Positions 49,758 to 59,850 are shown, counted from the stretch's first letter. The stretch: DNA of 64,000 nucleotides from Myxococcota bacterium (GCA_965223705.1 OZ245015.1:2464001-2528000); one strand, 5' to 3'. Numbers and translations are program-made. The notes: generated by a model not told the origin, from the sequence alone.

Positions 49758-50744
49758 ATGACGCTCATTCTCGGCCCCGACGAAGTTGCCGCGGCGACGA
49801 ACATGCCGGAGATGATCGACGTCATCGAGGCGGGCTTGCGGGAACAAGCCGCAGGCGCGGTGGAGATGCCGGCTCGCATGAATCTCGCGACGAACCGCGG
49901 GTTCTTTCGGGTGATGCCCGCGGTCATGAAGAGCTCCGGCGTGATGGGCGTCAAAATCTTCAACGGCTCCGTCGAAGACGGCGTCCGCTACCTCATCGCG
50001 ATCTACGACGAAGGCGGCGGTCAGCTCCTCTGTCTACTCGACGCGGCGTACCTGACCGGCGCGCGGACGGGTGCGACGACAGGCATCGCCACGCGTTACC
50101 AGGCGCGCGAGAACGCGAAGGTTGTCGGAGTCATCGGCTCCGGCCTCGAAGCGCGCACGAACCTGGCGGCGGTCTGCGCCGTGCGGGGCATCGAACGCGG
50201 GCGCGTCTTCTCTCCGAACCCGTCGCGGCGCGGCAAGTTCGCCGAGGAAACGTCTGCGCGACACGGGATCGACATGGTCGCCGCCGACTCACCGGAAGCA
50301 GCGGTCGCCGGGGCGGACATCGTCGTCGTCGCCACGAACACGACCGGCGCGCCCGACCCCATCGCGTACCGCGGTGCCTGGATGGAGCCCTCCCAGCACG
50401 TGAATTCCATCGGGTCGACCGGTGGCCACTTGCGAGAAATCGATACCGAGACCTTCGCGCGAGCGGACCGCATCGCCGTCGATTCCCAAGTCCAGGTCGA
50501 AGGAGAATCGGGAGACGTCCTCGACGCGATCGCCGCCGGTACGTGGGACGCGGCGAAAGTCACCGAGCTCACGAGTCTTGTGACCGGCGCGGCCGGTCGC
50601 AAGGCGGAAGCGGAAGTGACGCTATTCAAGTCCGTCGGTACAGCCGTTCAGGACGTGATGTCCGGCTACGCCGTATACCTCGAGGCGCGGCGCCGCGGCT
50701 TGGGCCACGACGTCGGAGCGTTTCTCGAACACAAGCTCTTCTAG
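49758..50744 (+). CDS. Ornithine cyclodeaminase/mu-crystallin family protein
   Basis: LTGARTGA, IGSGLEA, TLFKSVG.AVQD. Confidence 0.9.
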   Translation: MTLILGPDEVAAATNMPEMIDVIEAGLREQAAGAVEMPARMNLATNRGFFRVMPAVMKSSGVMGVKIFNGSVEDGVRYLIAIYDEGGGQLLCLLDAAYLTGARTGATTGIATRYQARENAKVVGVIGSGLEARTNLAAVCAVRGIERGRVFSPNPSRRGKFAEETSARHGIDMVAADSPEAAVAGADIVVVATNTTGAPDPIAYRGAWMEPSQHVNSIGSTGGHLREIDTETFARADRIAVDSQVQVEGESGDVLDAIAAGTWDAAKVTELTSLVTGAAGRKAEAEVTLFKSVGTAVQDVMSGYAVYLEARRRGLGHDVGAFLEHKLF

Positions 50745-52000
50745 GACGTACGCGCGACGATCTCCTCGAGCGTACGCACCGCCACCGGTCGAAAAATCGC
50801 GTAGTCCTCGCTCATGGGGAAGTGCCCGAGACCCACCAGCGTCTCATACGTCACGCCCTCGCCGATCCGTTTCGCGCAAGCTTCGACGAGCTCCGGGGGA
50901 CAGGTGTAGTCGTACTCGCCGGCATACACGTAGAGGGGCACCTTCGTCGCATCGATCCGATCCGCCCGGGCGGGATCCGCGTTTTCGACGCCCCAAAAGT
51001 ACAGGTCGTTTCGCAGATTGCGCGGATTCGCCGCTTGGAACCAGCTCGTGAGCCGTCGATCCCACTCCGGCGTCCCCGGGGCCATCACGCTATCGGTCAC
51101 GGCACCGACCATCATCGCCGTGTTGATCTCGGGGTGCGTCCACCAATCGTGGAAGAAGCCCCCCGTCGGTATGGCGCCCGCCATGGCGACGATGCCGCGG
51201 AAGCGCTCCGGGAAACGCTCGGCGAGATGAAGCGCCAGCACGCCGCCGATGCTCGTGCCCATGAAGATGGGCTTCTCGATCGACATCGCCTGCATGAACG
51301 CGACGACGAAATCCGTCAGCCATTCGGACCGGAGCAGCTGATCCTCTTGCCAAAAGGCCGGACCGCGCGGCGGGTCGGACTTCCCGTGACCGGGCAGGTC
51401 GTAGGCGATGAAGCGGAAACGCTTCGTGAGCTCGCGATCTTCGAGGAGATGGCGCCACTGACGATTCTCGTTCCCCGCCGTGTGCTGAAGCAACACGGGG
51501 ATGCCCTCTCCCGCCTCGAGATAGAAGACTTTGTGGAGATCGTCGCCCACGGTGACGTTCACAAAGCCACCCTTCGCTTGATAGCTCGAGAACGGCGGGA
51601 TGTCGGGCCCGAACGTGCTCGGGCCGCGCATCCCCCGAGCGACGCGCACCCAATCGGAAAGCGGTTGCATGTGCCGGAGGAGGACCTTGATATCGCCCTC
51701 GAAGCGCATCGTCCCCCGCGCGATACACGCGAACACGTCGTGAAACATCGCCGGCGGATCGGGCTCGAAGAGCTTGTCCCAGACCGACTCGTCGGCCTCG
51801 AGCAAGATCTGACTCGCGGTCAACGGACCGGGGTCCTCCGTCATCTGCTCGACGACGCCCCGGTGAACCTCGAGCAAATAGCGCTGCCCCCCGAAATCGA
51901 GGGTCAGCACCGCGTCGAAGGTGCGTCCGCTGTGTTGGGCCGCCGGATCCTCGGCGATCGCCTTCAGCCACTGTCTGATGAAGGTCGAATCGAACGTCAT
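50741..52000 (-). CDS. Alpha/beta hydrolase with N-terminal SCP2-like domain
   Basis: DLPGHGKS, GTSIGG nucleophile, GEYD, GHFPMSE; extra ~130-aa N-domain ending MRFEGD. Confidence 0.78.
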   Translation of the reverse strand: MTFDSTFIRQWLKAIAEDPAAQHSGRTFDAVLTLDFGGQRYLLEVHRGVVEQMTEDPGPLTASQILLEADESVWDKLFEPDPPAMFHDVFACIARGTMRFEGDIKVLLRHMQPLSDWVRVARGMRGPSTFGPDIPPFSSYQAKGGFVNVTVGDDLHKVFYLEAGEGIPVLLQHTAGNENRQWRHLLEDRELTKRFRFIAYDLPGHGKSDPPRGPAFWQEDQLLRSEWLTDFVVAFMQAMSIEKPIFMGTSIGGVLALHLAERFPERFRGIVAMAGAIPTGGFFHDWWTHPEINTAMMVGAVTDSVMAPGTPEWDRRLTSWFQAANPRNLRNDLYFWGVENADPARADRIDATKVPLYVYAGEYDYTCPPELVEACAKRIGEGVTYETLVGLGHFPMSEDYAIFRPVAVRTLEEIVARTS

Positions 52001-53151
52001 TACGACGTGACTCCGGAATCTTTCCACCCGCGGATCCGATCTTCCGAAAAACCCCAATCCCGGAGAACCGCCTCGGTGTCCGCGCCGCGCGCCGAGGGCT
52101 TCTTCTGGATCTTCGCCGGAGTTCGGCTGAAGCGCGGCGCCGGTGCCGGCTGCGTGACGCCCCACTCCGTAACGAACGTCTCGCGTGCCACGTTGTGCGG
52201 GTGATTCGGTGCTTCATCCAGCGTCAGCACCGGAGCGAAACACACGTCGGTGCCTTCGAGAATGTCACACCATTCGTCGCGTGTTTTCGTCTTCATGATC
52301 GCTGCCATCTTCTTCGAGAGGTCTTTCCACGCGAGCTTGTCCATGTGGAGCTTGTGGTCCGGATCCTCAAAGCCGGTGAGTTCCAGCAGCAGGGCATAGA
52401 ACTTCGACTCGATGGAGCCGATCGAGACGTAGCGGCCGTCGGCGGTCTCGTACGTGTTGTAGAAATGAGCCCCACCGTCGAGGATGTTGCTCTCGCGGTC
52501 GTTCGTAAAGATGCCGGCGGCATACATGCCGTAGACCGCGGTCATGAGCGAGGCGACGCCGTCGGTCATCGCCGCATCGACGACTTGACCCTTTCCTGAC
52601 TTCTGCGCCTCGAGGAGTGCGGCGACTACACCGAGCGCCAAGTAGACACCGCCGCCGCCGAAGTCGCCGATCAAGTTGAGCGGCGGGGGCGGCGCAGAAT
52701 CGGCGCGACCGATCGCATGAGCCGCACCGACCAAGGAGATGTAGTTCAAGTCGTGGCCCGCCGCCTTGGCGAGCGGCCCGTCCTGGCCCCAGCCGGTGAC
52801 GCGGCCGTACACGAGTTTGGGATTGCGCTTGGCGCAATCTTCCGGGCCGAGCCCCATGCGCTCGGTGACCCCGGCGCGGAAGCCCTCGATAAGCGCATCG
52901 GACTGCTCGACGAGAGAAAGCACCAGCTCGACACCTTCCGGGTTCTTCAAGTCGACAGCGATCGAACGACGGCTCCGCTCGAGGAGCGCATGCTCGGGAT
53001 CCATCGCGATGCCGAGCTTCGCGTCCACCTTGCGATCGACGCGGATCACCTCGGCACCCATGTCCGCCAACAACATGGCGCACATCGGGTTCGGCCCGAT
53101 TCCAGCGAGCTCGATCACTTTCGTTCCCACAAGCGGTCCACTGGCGGTCAT
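52000..53151 (-). CDS. CaiB/BaiF CoA-transferase family III (alpha-methylacyl-CoA racemase-like)
   Basis: ELAGIGP, LADMGAEV, EGFRAGV.ERMGLGP, AGHDLNY, GDFGGG. Confidence 0.92.
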   Translation of the reverse strand: MTASGPLVGTKVIELAGIGPNPMCAMLLADMGAEVIRVDRKVDAKLGIAMDPEHALLERSRRSIAVDLKNPEGVELVLSLVEQSDALIEGFRAGVTERMGLGPEDCAKRNPKLVYGRVTGWGQDGPLAKAAGHDLNYISLVGAAHAIGRADSAPPPPLNLIGDFGGGGVYLALGVVAALLEAQKSGKGQVVDAAMTDGVASLMTAVYGMYAAGIFTNDRESNILDGGAHFYNTYETADGRYVSIGSIESKFYALLLELTGFEDPDHKLHMDKLAWKDLSKKMAAIMKTKTRDEWCDILEGTDVCFAPVLTLDEAPNHPHNVARETFVTEWGVTQPAPAPRFSRTPAKIQKKPSARGADTEAVLRDWGFSEDRIRGWKDSGVTS

Positions 53152-53259
53152 ACGTTTCCTTCCTCTCCTAAGACGTCGATTTCCGTCCCACTGTAGCCGA
53201 GCACAGAACACTTCTGCGCCCCGGCGCGTTGGGGCATACTGCGCGCGGAGGAGATCATC

Positions 53260-53466
53260 ATGGCAGAGACCACCGTCCAAGCCTTCAAGAACGGTCCGTA
53301 CATCATCAAGGGGCCCGTCAAGGTCCTCGACGTCGACGGGAACGAGTACGACGTCTCCGATCAGAAAGCCGTCGCGCTGTGCCGCTGCGGGCAATCGGAA
53401 AACCGCCCGTTCTGCGACGGCAAACACAACCGAATCGACTTCGTCGCCGAAGAGAGGGTCGGCTGA
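53260..53466 (+). CDS. CDGSH iron-sulfur domain protein
   Basis: NGPY, LCRCGQSENRPFCDGKH; GGAGG RBS. Confidence 0.93.
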   Translation: MAETTVQAFKNGPYIIKGPVKVLDVDGNEYDVSDQKAVALCRCGQSENRPFCDGKHNRIDFVAEERVG

Positions 53467-54395
53467 TGCGCCTGGGCGTCATGTGCGGCGCTCCGGGCGG
53501 CCACATGGGGCCGGAGACGAGCCTCGAAGAATTGATCGCCTACGGGAAACGCGTCGAGTCTCTGGGCTTTTCCACCCTGTGGATGGCGCACATCTTCGGC
53601 CTCGACGCGATCGCGACCTTGGGCCACATCGGTCGCGAGACCTCGCGACTCGAGCTCGGCACCGCCGTAACGCCGACGTACCCGAGGCATCCGGTGACGA
53701 TGGCGCAGGACGCCCTCACCGCGGGCGCAGCAGCGTCGGGACGCTTCGTCCTCGGCGTGGGGCTGTCGCACAAGGTCGTCATCGAAGGCAATTTCGGGAT
53801 GTCCTTCGATCAGCCGGCGCGGCACATGCGCGAATACCTGTCCGCATTGGGTCCGCTCCTGGCCGGAAAAGCGATTCATCACCAGGGCGAGCAGTACACG
53901 ATCCACGCGCAGGTGAGCTTCCGCGATGCCAAGCCCGTGCCGCTCCTCGTCGCGGCCTTGGGTGACCGGATGCTTCACCTGTCCGGCGAGCTGGCGGACG
54001 GCACCATCACATGGATGTGCGGACCGAACACCCTCGCCGAGCACATCATCCCGAAGATCTCGGACGGCGCGCGCGAGGCCGGACGTCCCGCCCCGCGGAT
54101 CGTCGCCGGCTTTCCGACGCTGCTCGTACCCGCCGGCGAAGTCGATGCGGCGAAAGAGCGGATCGCGAAAGATTTCGACATCTATGGAACGCTGCCGTCG
54201 TATCGGGCGATGCTCGACCGCGAAGGACTCAGCGGCCCGGCCGATCTCGCCGTGGTCGGCGACGAAGACACGTTGCGAAAAGACCTCGCACGCTACCGCG
54301 ATACCGGCGTCACCGACTTCGACGCTTTCGTGGTCGGCTACGACGCCGATGCGGCCGAGCGCACGCTCGAGTTCCTCGCTTCCGAGGTCGGGTAG
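53466..54395 (+). CDS. LLM-class oxidoreductase, probably F420-dependent
   Basis: ELGTAVTPTYPRHP, GRFVLGVGLSH, LPSYRAMLDREG. Confidence 0.85.
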   Translation: MRLGVMCGAPGGHMGPETSLEELIAYGKRVESLGFSTLWMAHIFGLDAIATLGHIGRETSRLELGTAVTPTYPRHPVTMAQDALTAGAAASGRFVLGVGLSHKVVIEGNFGMSFDQPARHMREYLSALGPLLAGKAIHHQGEQYTIHAQVSFRDAKPVPLLVAALGDRMLHLSGELADGTITWMCGPNTLAEHIIPKISDGAREAGRPAPRIVAGFPTLLVPAGEVDAAKERIAKDFDIYGTLPSYRAMLDREGLSGPADLAVVGDEDTLRKDLARYRDTGVTDFDAFVVGYDADAAERTLEFLASEVG

Positions 54396-54971
54396 ATGCC
54401 GAGACTCACCACTCCGCGCGTCGCGCCCCTCGACCCGAAAGACTGGCACGAATCCGTCCGCGACGTGGCGGGCTCGAACCCCCGCGGTGAAGACGGCGTG
54501 ATGAACATCTTCGCGACGCTCGCGAACCATCCCGATCTCATGCGGCGATGGCTCGTGTTCGGAAACCACGTGCTCTTCAAGTCGACCCTCCCGCCGCGCG
54601 AGCGCGAGATCGCGATCTTGCGGATCGGCTGGCTGTGCCAGGCGGAATACGAGTGGGCTCAGCACGTCGTCATCGCCCGGCAATGCGACATCACCGACGA
54701 GGAGATCGCGCGGATCGCCGAGGGGCCCGACGCTCCCGGCTGGGCTCCCCACGAGGTCGATCTCCTGCGCGCCGTCGACGAACTCCACGCCGATGCGTTC
54801 ATCACGCAGCCGACCTGGGACAAGCTCGCCGAGCGGTGGAACACCCAGGAGCTGATGGATCTCGTGTTCGCCATCGGTCAGTACAACCTGGTCTCGATGG
54901 CGCTCAACACCCTGGGCGTCCAGCTGGAAGAAGGCGTCGAAGGCTTCGCGGAAACGACGAAGCGCGGTTAG
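54396..54971 (+). CDS. Carboxymuconolactone decarboxylase family protein
   Basis: NIFATLANHP, REREIAILR...CQAEYEWAQH. Confidence 0.88.
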   Translation: MPRLTTPRVAPLDPKDWHESVRDVAGSNPRGEDGVMNIFATLANHPDLMRRWLVFGNHVLFKSTLPPREREIAILRIGWLCQAEYEWAQHVVIARQCDITDEEIARIAEGPDAPGWAPHEVDLLRAVDELHADAFITQPTWDKLAERWNTQELMDLVFAIGQYNLVSMALNTLGVQLEEGVEGFAETTKRG

Positions 54972-55804
54972 GCGCGGCGACGACGGGCGGCCAAGCCCAA
55001 GAGGCCCATGCCGAGCAGCAAGGCCGTACCCGGCTCCGGGGTGACGAAGATGTCCGGGCTCGCGACGAAATTCGCGAGGAAGACCGTGCTGTCCACCAAG
55101 TCGTCGGCGGTATCGAAGATCAGGAATGTGAGCGTGTTGTCCCCGCCGTAGGGGTCGAGCGCCGCGGCGATCTCGAGGACCGGATCGAAACCGTTCTGAA
55201 TGACCGCATCGAGATCGGTGCCGCCGAACGCCGCCATGCGCGAATCGTCGGACGTGAACGACGCGATGAGCTCGCCGTTCAGAAACGCGCCGAAGCCGTC
55301 CGGTACGCCGCTCGCTTCGGGCCACTCCTCGCTACCGAAGACGATGTCGAAGCGAAGGCTGTTCACTTCGGGCGTCGTGTCGAAGACAAAGGTCAGCTCG
55401 GTCACGTCGTAGACGATGTTGCCGGTTCCGATGATTTCGTTCGCGAGCAGGTTTTGCTGCGGCGTTCCGAACTTCCCATACGCGGTGGTGGTCCCGCCGT
55501 CGTCGTTGGGGCCGGCGCCGTAGGCACCGACGTCACCGGTGCTGAGCACGATGCCCGAACCCAAGCCGTAGACCGAATCCTGATCGAAGGTCCCGGTCGA
55601 GTGGCCTCCGTGTTGGTGGACCTGGCCACGGCGAATGGAAGAGGACACGTCGACGTTCGCGGCTCCGCCGAAGAAAGCGTTCGACAGAACCGACCCGTCG
55701 CGTTCGCGGTCGATGACCAGCGCACTCGCGTTCGCGGAGAGCGCGAGCGTCACGAGCGCGATGAGTCCGAGCCAGCGTCGGAAGCTGTAATGCCGCGTAG
55801 GCAT
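54968..55804 (-). CDS. PEP-CTERM surface protein with choice-of-anchor-L-like domain
   Basis: Signal peptide; GIVLSTG, FGSEEWPE, DGFGAFLNG; C-terminal TPEPGTALLLGMGLLGLAARRRR. Confidence 0.85.
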   Translation of the reverse strand: MPTRHYSFRRWLGLIALVTLALSANASALVIDRERDGSVLSNAFFGGAANVDVSSSIRRGQVHQHGGHSTGTFDQDSVYGLGSGIVLSTGDVGAYGAGPNDDGGTTTAYGKFGTPQQNLLANEIIGTGNIVYDVTELTFVFDTTPEVNSLRFDIVFGSEEWPEASGVPDGFGAFLNGELIASFTSDDSRMAAFGGTDLDAVIQNGFDPVLEIAAALDPYGGDNTLTFLIFDTADDLVDSTVFLANFVASPDIFVTPEPGTALLLGMGLLGLAARRRRA

Positions 55805-55946
55805 ACGTGCCCGAATCCCTTCTGCGGAGAAAACACCCCGCGTAGAGGTGAGTGGCTCTTTCTGCCCTCGGGGTGACGCGAAACCTGTCGAAGTTCTTTG
55901 ACACATCGCGCCGGTGCCGGAGACTCACCCACGCACAAGGGGACTC

Positions 55947-57494
55947 ATGGCACGCCGGAAGAAAGTTACCCGGGCACGGGCGCCGCAAGACGCGCCTCGC
56001 TCCGCAGGACCGCCCAACTGGTCATGGTGGCTGCTCGCCGCCGTGGCGATTCTTCCGTTCCTGGCTTCCCTCGGCGCGGACTTCACCATCGACGATCATC
56101 CCACGGTCGAAGGGAACCCACTCTTAAGTGAGATCGGTTGGCGGGTGTTCGCGGATGCGCGCTTCGTGCGCACCTTCAGCATCATGCTCGATCGCGCGCT
56201 CTTCGGGATGAACCCCGTCGGCTATCACGTGACGAACTTGCTGCTCCACGCGGGTGCAAGCCTGCTGAGCTACGCGCTCCTGCTCCGCTTCGCGAAGGAT
56301 TTTCGCCTGGCACTCGTCGGGGCCGGGCTCTTTGCGATCCATCCAGTCCACGTCGAAGTGATCACGAACATCGCAAACCGCAAAGAGACCCTGTGCTTCT
56401 TGTTCTCTCTGGCGAGCTTTGCCTGCTACGTGCGTACCCTCGAGCGATTCGAAGGTTGGGGACGTTGGCGGGGCCTCGCCGCGACGGGCTTCCTCGGGAT
56501 TCTCGCGCTCGGCGCGAAGCAAGTCGCGATCGTGCTGCCGCTCGTGGCACTCACTTACGAAGCGCTCTTCGTTCCGCGAGAGCGACGCCTGCTCCTCCAT
56601 TCTCCGTGGGTTCTCGCGGCGTGTTTCATCGTGGGTGCTGGCGGGCTTGTCGCGTACATCGAGTGGGAGATGGGTTGGTCGACCCTGCTCGACTACCGGA
56701 CCGTGCAGGGATTTCTCGGTGACCCGACACCGTTGCAGATCGGCCTGTCTTCCCCGTGGTTTTTTTGGCGCTACATCGAGCTGCTTCTGGTTCCCGTGAG
56801 GCTTTGCGCCGACCACGTCGCAGACGCGACGCGGATCGCGCAGAGTGCACTGCTGCCGGTCGCCTGGTTGGGCTTGGCCGGCGTCGTCGCCGTTGCCGTC
56901 CTGTTGCGCAAACGCGCGCCGATCACCGCGTTCGGGCTTTGGTGGATCGTGCTGCATTTGCTGCCGACCGTGAACCTCATTCCCTCAGCCTACGCGCTGG
57001 CGGATCGCTACTTGTACATCCCGTCGCTGGGTCTCTGCCTGCTTCTCGTGGGCGCGGCGCAGGAATTCCCGGTACCCCGACATTGGGTCGCGAATCGCGG
57101 GCGTTGGGTGGGGCTCGCGGCCGGCACCGTCGCGGCCGTCTTCCTGGTGCAAGCGGTTTCCTACAACCGCGTTTGGCTGACGGAAGAAACCCTGTGGCGA
57201 GACACCCTGCAGTGTGAACCCCACTCCTTTAGAGCGCACTTGAACGTCGGTTCCTACGACTACCTGGCGAAGAGCTATCGTTCGGCTCGAGAGCACTTTC
57301 AACGCGCCGTGTCGCTCAAGCCGGAGGACGCGCGCGCCCACTTCAACCTCGGCAATGCGGAGCGACACCTCGGCCGCTTCGGAAATGCCGCAACTTCCTA
57401 CGCTAAAGCCGCGGAACTAGGGTTGAAACCGGCGGAAGAGCAGCTCCGGCGGCTGCGTTCCCAGGGGGGATCGGGCGACGAAAAGTCGTTCTAG
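55947..57494 (+). CDS. TMTC-like GT-C membrane glycosyltransferase with C-terminal TPRs
   Basis: FTIDD, GYHVTNLLLH, LFAIHPVHVE, ADRYLYIPS, W.TEETLW, TPRs. Confidence 0.82.
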   Translation: MARRKKVTRARAPQDAPRSAGPPNWSWWLLAAVAILPFLASLGADFTIDDHPTVEGNPLLSEIGWRVFADARFVRTFSIMLDRALFGMNPVGYHVTNLLLHAGASLLSYALLLRFAKDFRLALVGAGLFAIHPVHVEVITNIANRKETLCFLFSLASFACYVRTLERFEGWGRWRGLAATGFLGILALGAKQVAIVLPLVALTYEALFVPRERRLLLHSPWVLAACFIVGAGGLVAYIEWEMGWSTLLDYRTVQGFLGDPTPLQIGLSSPWFFWRYIELLLVPVRLCADHVADATRIAQSALLPVAWLGLAGVVAVAVLLRKRAPITAFGLWWIVLHLLPTVNLIPSAYALADRYLYIPSLGLCLLLVGAAQEFPVPRHWVANRGRWVGLAAGTVAAVFLVQAVSYNRVWLTEETLWRDTLQCEPHSFRAHLNVGSYDYLAKSYRSAREHFQRAVSLKPEDARAHFNLGNAERHLGRFGNAATSYAKAAELGLKPAEEQLRRLRSQGGSGDEKSF

Positions 57495-57644
57495 ATGGGG
57501 ATTTTTTTGCCACGCATGACGTCAATTAGACACATACTCCTGTGATACGACGGTTGGGTCTCCGCCCCCATGGGCGATTTCCAACCAGTGCCGGGCAAAC
57601 GCCCGCCAATGACAGTTAACGCTCGGTCGTAAAAGGACCCGAAC

Positions 57645-58430
57645 ATGCTCCGCTCACGCACGACACTCTTGCTTCTGTTGCTCGCGCTCTTCGCGTTCGC
57701 CAGTACTTCAGCCAGCGCGCTCCAGATCCGCATCAACAGCGGAATGATCGCGCACGACGATGGGGGCCTCGGCTTCATCGCGGGCTCGATCACTCCGAGC
57801 ACGTTCATCGACTTCGAACTCGACTGCGCCTCCGCCTCGGAGTGCACCGTCCAAGACTTCTGGTTCGGAAACAGCGTGACCCAGAATCACTTCGCGATGC
57901 TCGGCAGCTTTGACTTCAACCGAGAGCTCCGGATGCAAGACGCTGCCGGCAACCTCCTCGACGCTTCGTATCCGCACAGCAACGGCACCTCCAACATCGT
58001 GCTGACTCTCGGTGCGGGCGGCCTCGTCACGAGTGACACGCAGTACGTCGAATCCTTTGGGGTTTCGCCGTTCGGCCAAGACCCCACCGGCGAGGATTTC
58101 AGCTTCGCGCTCTCCACCGACGGCAGCTTGTTCCCGCGCGGTGGGCCGTCGAACAACGTCGGCTGCGCGGACGCCGATGTGGGCAGCGGCTTCTTCGATC
58201 TCGTCGCCGCCGGCGTGACACTGCCTTCGGGGTCGGCGATGACGGACGGGTTCAACCTCGGAAGCACCGGCACCTTGGTGGCCGTCGGTTGTTACTTCCG
58301 GCAGGAAGACGCGTACGAAGTCCCCCTGCTGATGACGCTGAACGTGGAAATCGTTCCCGAGCCGTCCACGGCGCTGCTGCTGGCTGGCGGGCTCGGCGGA
58401 ATCGCATGGTTCGGACGGCGCCGGCGCTAG
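57645..58430 (+). CDS. PEP-CTERM surface protein
   Basis: Signal peptide ending ASA; C-terminal VPEPSTALLLAGGLGGIAWFGRRRR. Confidence 0.9.
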   Translation: MLRSRTTLLLLLLALFAFASTSASALQIRINSGMIAHDDGGLGFIAGSITPSTFIDFELDCASASECTVQDFWFGNSVTQNHFAMLGSFDFNRELRMQDAAGNLLDASYPHSNGTSNIVLTLGAGGLVTSDTQYVESFGVSPFGQDPTGEDFSFALSTDGSLFPRGGPSNNVGCADADVGSGFFDLVAAGVTLPSGSAMTDGFNLGSTGTLVAVGCYFRQEDAYEVPLLMTLNVEIVPEPSTALLLAGGLGGIAWFGRRRR

Positions 58431-58511
58431 AACGCTTTTCGCCTCTGGCCTTCTAAAAACTGAATATTGGACTGGATCACTTTCTCGGAGGGGGTTATTG
58501 GGGATAAGGTG

Positions 58512-59765
58512 ATGCTGAGAACGATCCAGGCCCTGCTGACCGCCGGTGTATTGGCCACCGCAGCTCAAGCAGGCGCCGAAGCGGCCGCGAAGGCCGCAAC
58601 GACCGAGGCCACGGATGTGGCCTGCCCGACCTTCACGCAAGCTTCAAAGGGGCTCCCGGTTCGCGGAGAATGGCGAACCTACCCCGCCGTCGCGGACTTC
58701 AACGGAGACGGGCGACTCGACCTCGCCGCGACGCCGCGCAAGGACAAAGGGCCGCGCGCGTGGCTCAGCGTAAAAGACGGCTGGAAAGAGTCCTCCCTCG
58801 GGCTCGCACTGCCCGGCTACTCCTGCGGCGTCGGCTTGGCTTCGGGCGATCTGAACGGCGACGGTCATCTCGACCTGGGGGTCGCCGATCACTGCCACGG
58901 CCTGTTCGTCTATTTCGGAAACGGGAAGGGATCGTGGCGCCCCGGGCCGCAAGCACAGGTGAACCGCGGTGATCCGGGCCTCGAAGACTTGGCCCTCGGC
59001 GACATCGATGCGGACGGCGATCTCGATATCGCGACCGTCGGTGCCATCGAAGGCGGCGTGACCGTCTACCTGAACGACGGTACCGGTCGGTTCGCGAAAT
59101 CCGACACGGGCTTGCCCATCCGAGGCACGGCCAAGAACGTCGAGCTCGCCGACGTGAACGAAGACGGCTTGCTCGATATCGCCGCAAGCTATTCCGGACT
59201 CGGCAGCCAACCGACCGCCGATCCCATCACATTCAACGTGCTCTGGCTCGCTTCGAAGAACGACGAAGGCGAGCTGCGCTACACGCGGCATCGCGCCGGA
59301 CTTCCCGTCGATACACAGACCCGACGCGTCATCTTCGGCGACGTCGACCTCGACGGTCATCAAGACCTCATCGCGACCTTCGTTCCCCACAGCGAAGGGA
59401 GTCCCTTGATTCGCGTCTTCCGCGGTGACGGCGCGGGTGGCTTCGTCGAGTCGAGCGAAGGCCTGCCGCAATTCTCATCGGAAGCGCTCGTGCAACTGAG
59501 CGGCATCCGCCTGGCGGACTTGAACCGCGATGGAACTCAGGACCTCGTCGCGGTTCAAACCAATGACGACCGCTTCCACACGTGGATGGGATCGGCGTCC
59601 GGAGCGTGGCGGGCTTGCGGCTCAGCCGAGGTCGGGATCACGAAAGAAGGATCCCGCTCGATCGGCCTCGAAGTCGCCGACACCAATGCCGACGGCAAAC
59701 CCGACCTCGTGATGGCCTTCGGGCGCGTCGGCGAAGGCGGGCTCGAAGTGTGGCTCGCGAACTAG
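58512..59765 (+). CDS. Secreted FG-GAP/VCBS repeat beta-propeller protein
   Basis: Seven DxNxDGxxD-type loops (DFNGDGRLD, DLNGDGHLD, DIDADGDLD, DVNEDGLLD, DVDLDGHQD, DLNRDGTQD, DTNADGKPD). Confidence 0.88.
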   Translation: MLRTIQALLTAGVLATAAQAGAEAAAKAATTEATDVACPTFTQASKGLPVRGEWRTYPAVADFNGDGRLDLAATPRKDKGPRAWLSVKDGWKESSLGLALPGYSCGVGLASGDLNGDGHLDLGVADHCHGLFVYFGNGKGSWRPGPQAQVNRGDPGLEDLALGDIDADGDLDIATVGAIEGGVTVYLNDGTGRFAKSDTGLPIRGTAKNVELADVNEDGLLDIAASYSGLGSQPTADPITFNVLWLASKNDEGELRYTRHRAGLPVDTQTRRVIFGDVDLDGHQDLIATFVPHSEGSPLIRVFRGDGAGGFVESSEGLPQFSSEALVQLSGIRLADLNRDGTQDLVAVQTNDDRFHTWMGSASGAWRACGSAEVGITKEGSRSIGLEVADTNADGKPDLVMAFGRVGEGGLEVWLAN

Positions 59766-59850
59766 CTCTCCGCAGAACGGGCAAACGCCCGGCGGCTTAA
59801 AAAAACTTGACGGACCCACTGGGTGGAGGTGGGCTCGAAGGGAGACCCCT

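Noticed and set aside
49253..52204. Very long alternative-frame and antisense ORFs (983 aa here; also 5787-7613, 21692-23452, 25126-27207, 53361-55325)
   Set aside because: Arg/Gly/Pro-rich or antisense shadows of well-supported genes, expected in high-GC DNA.
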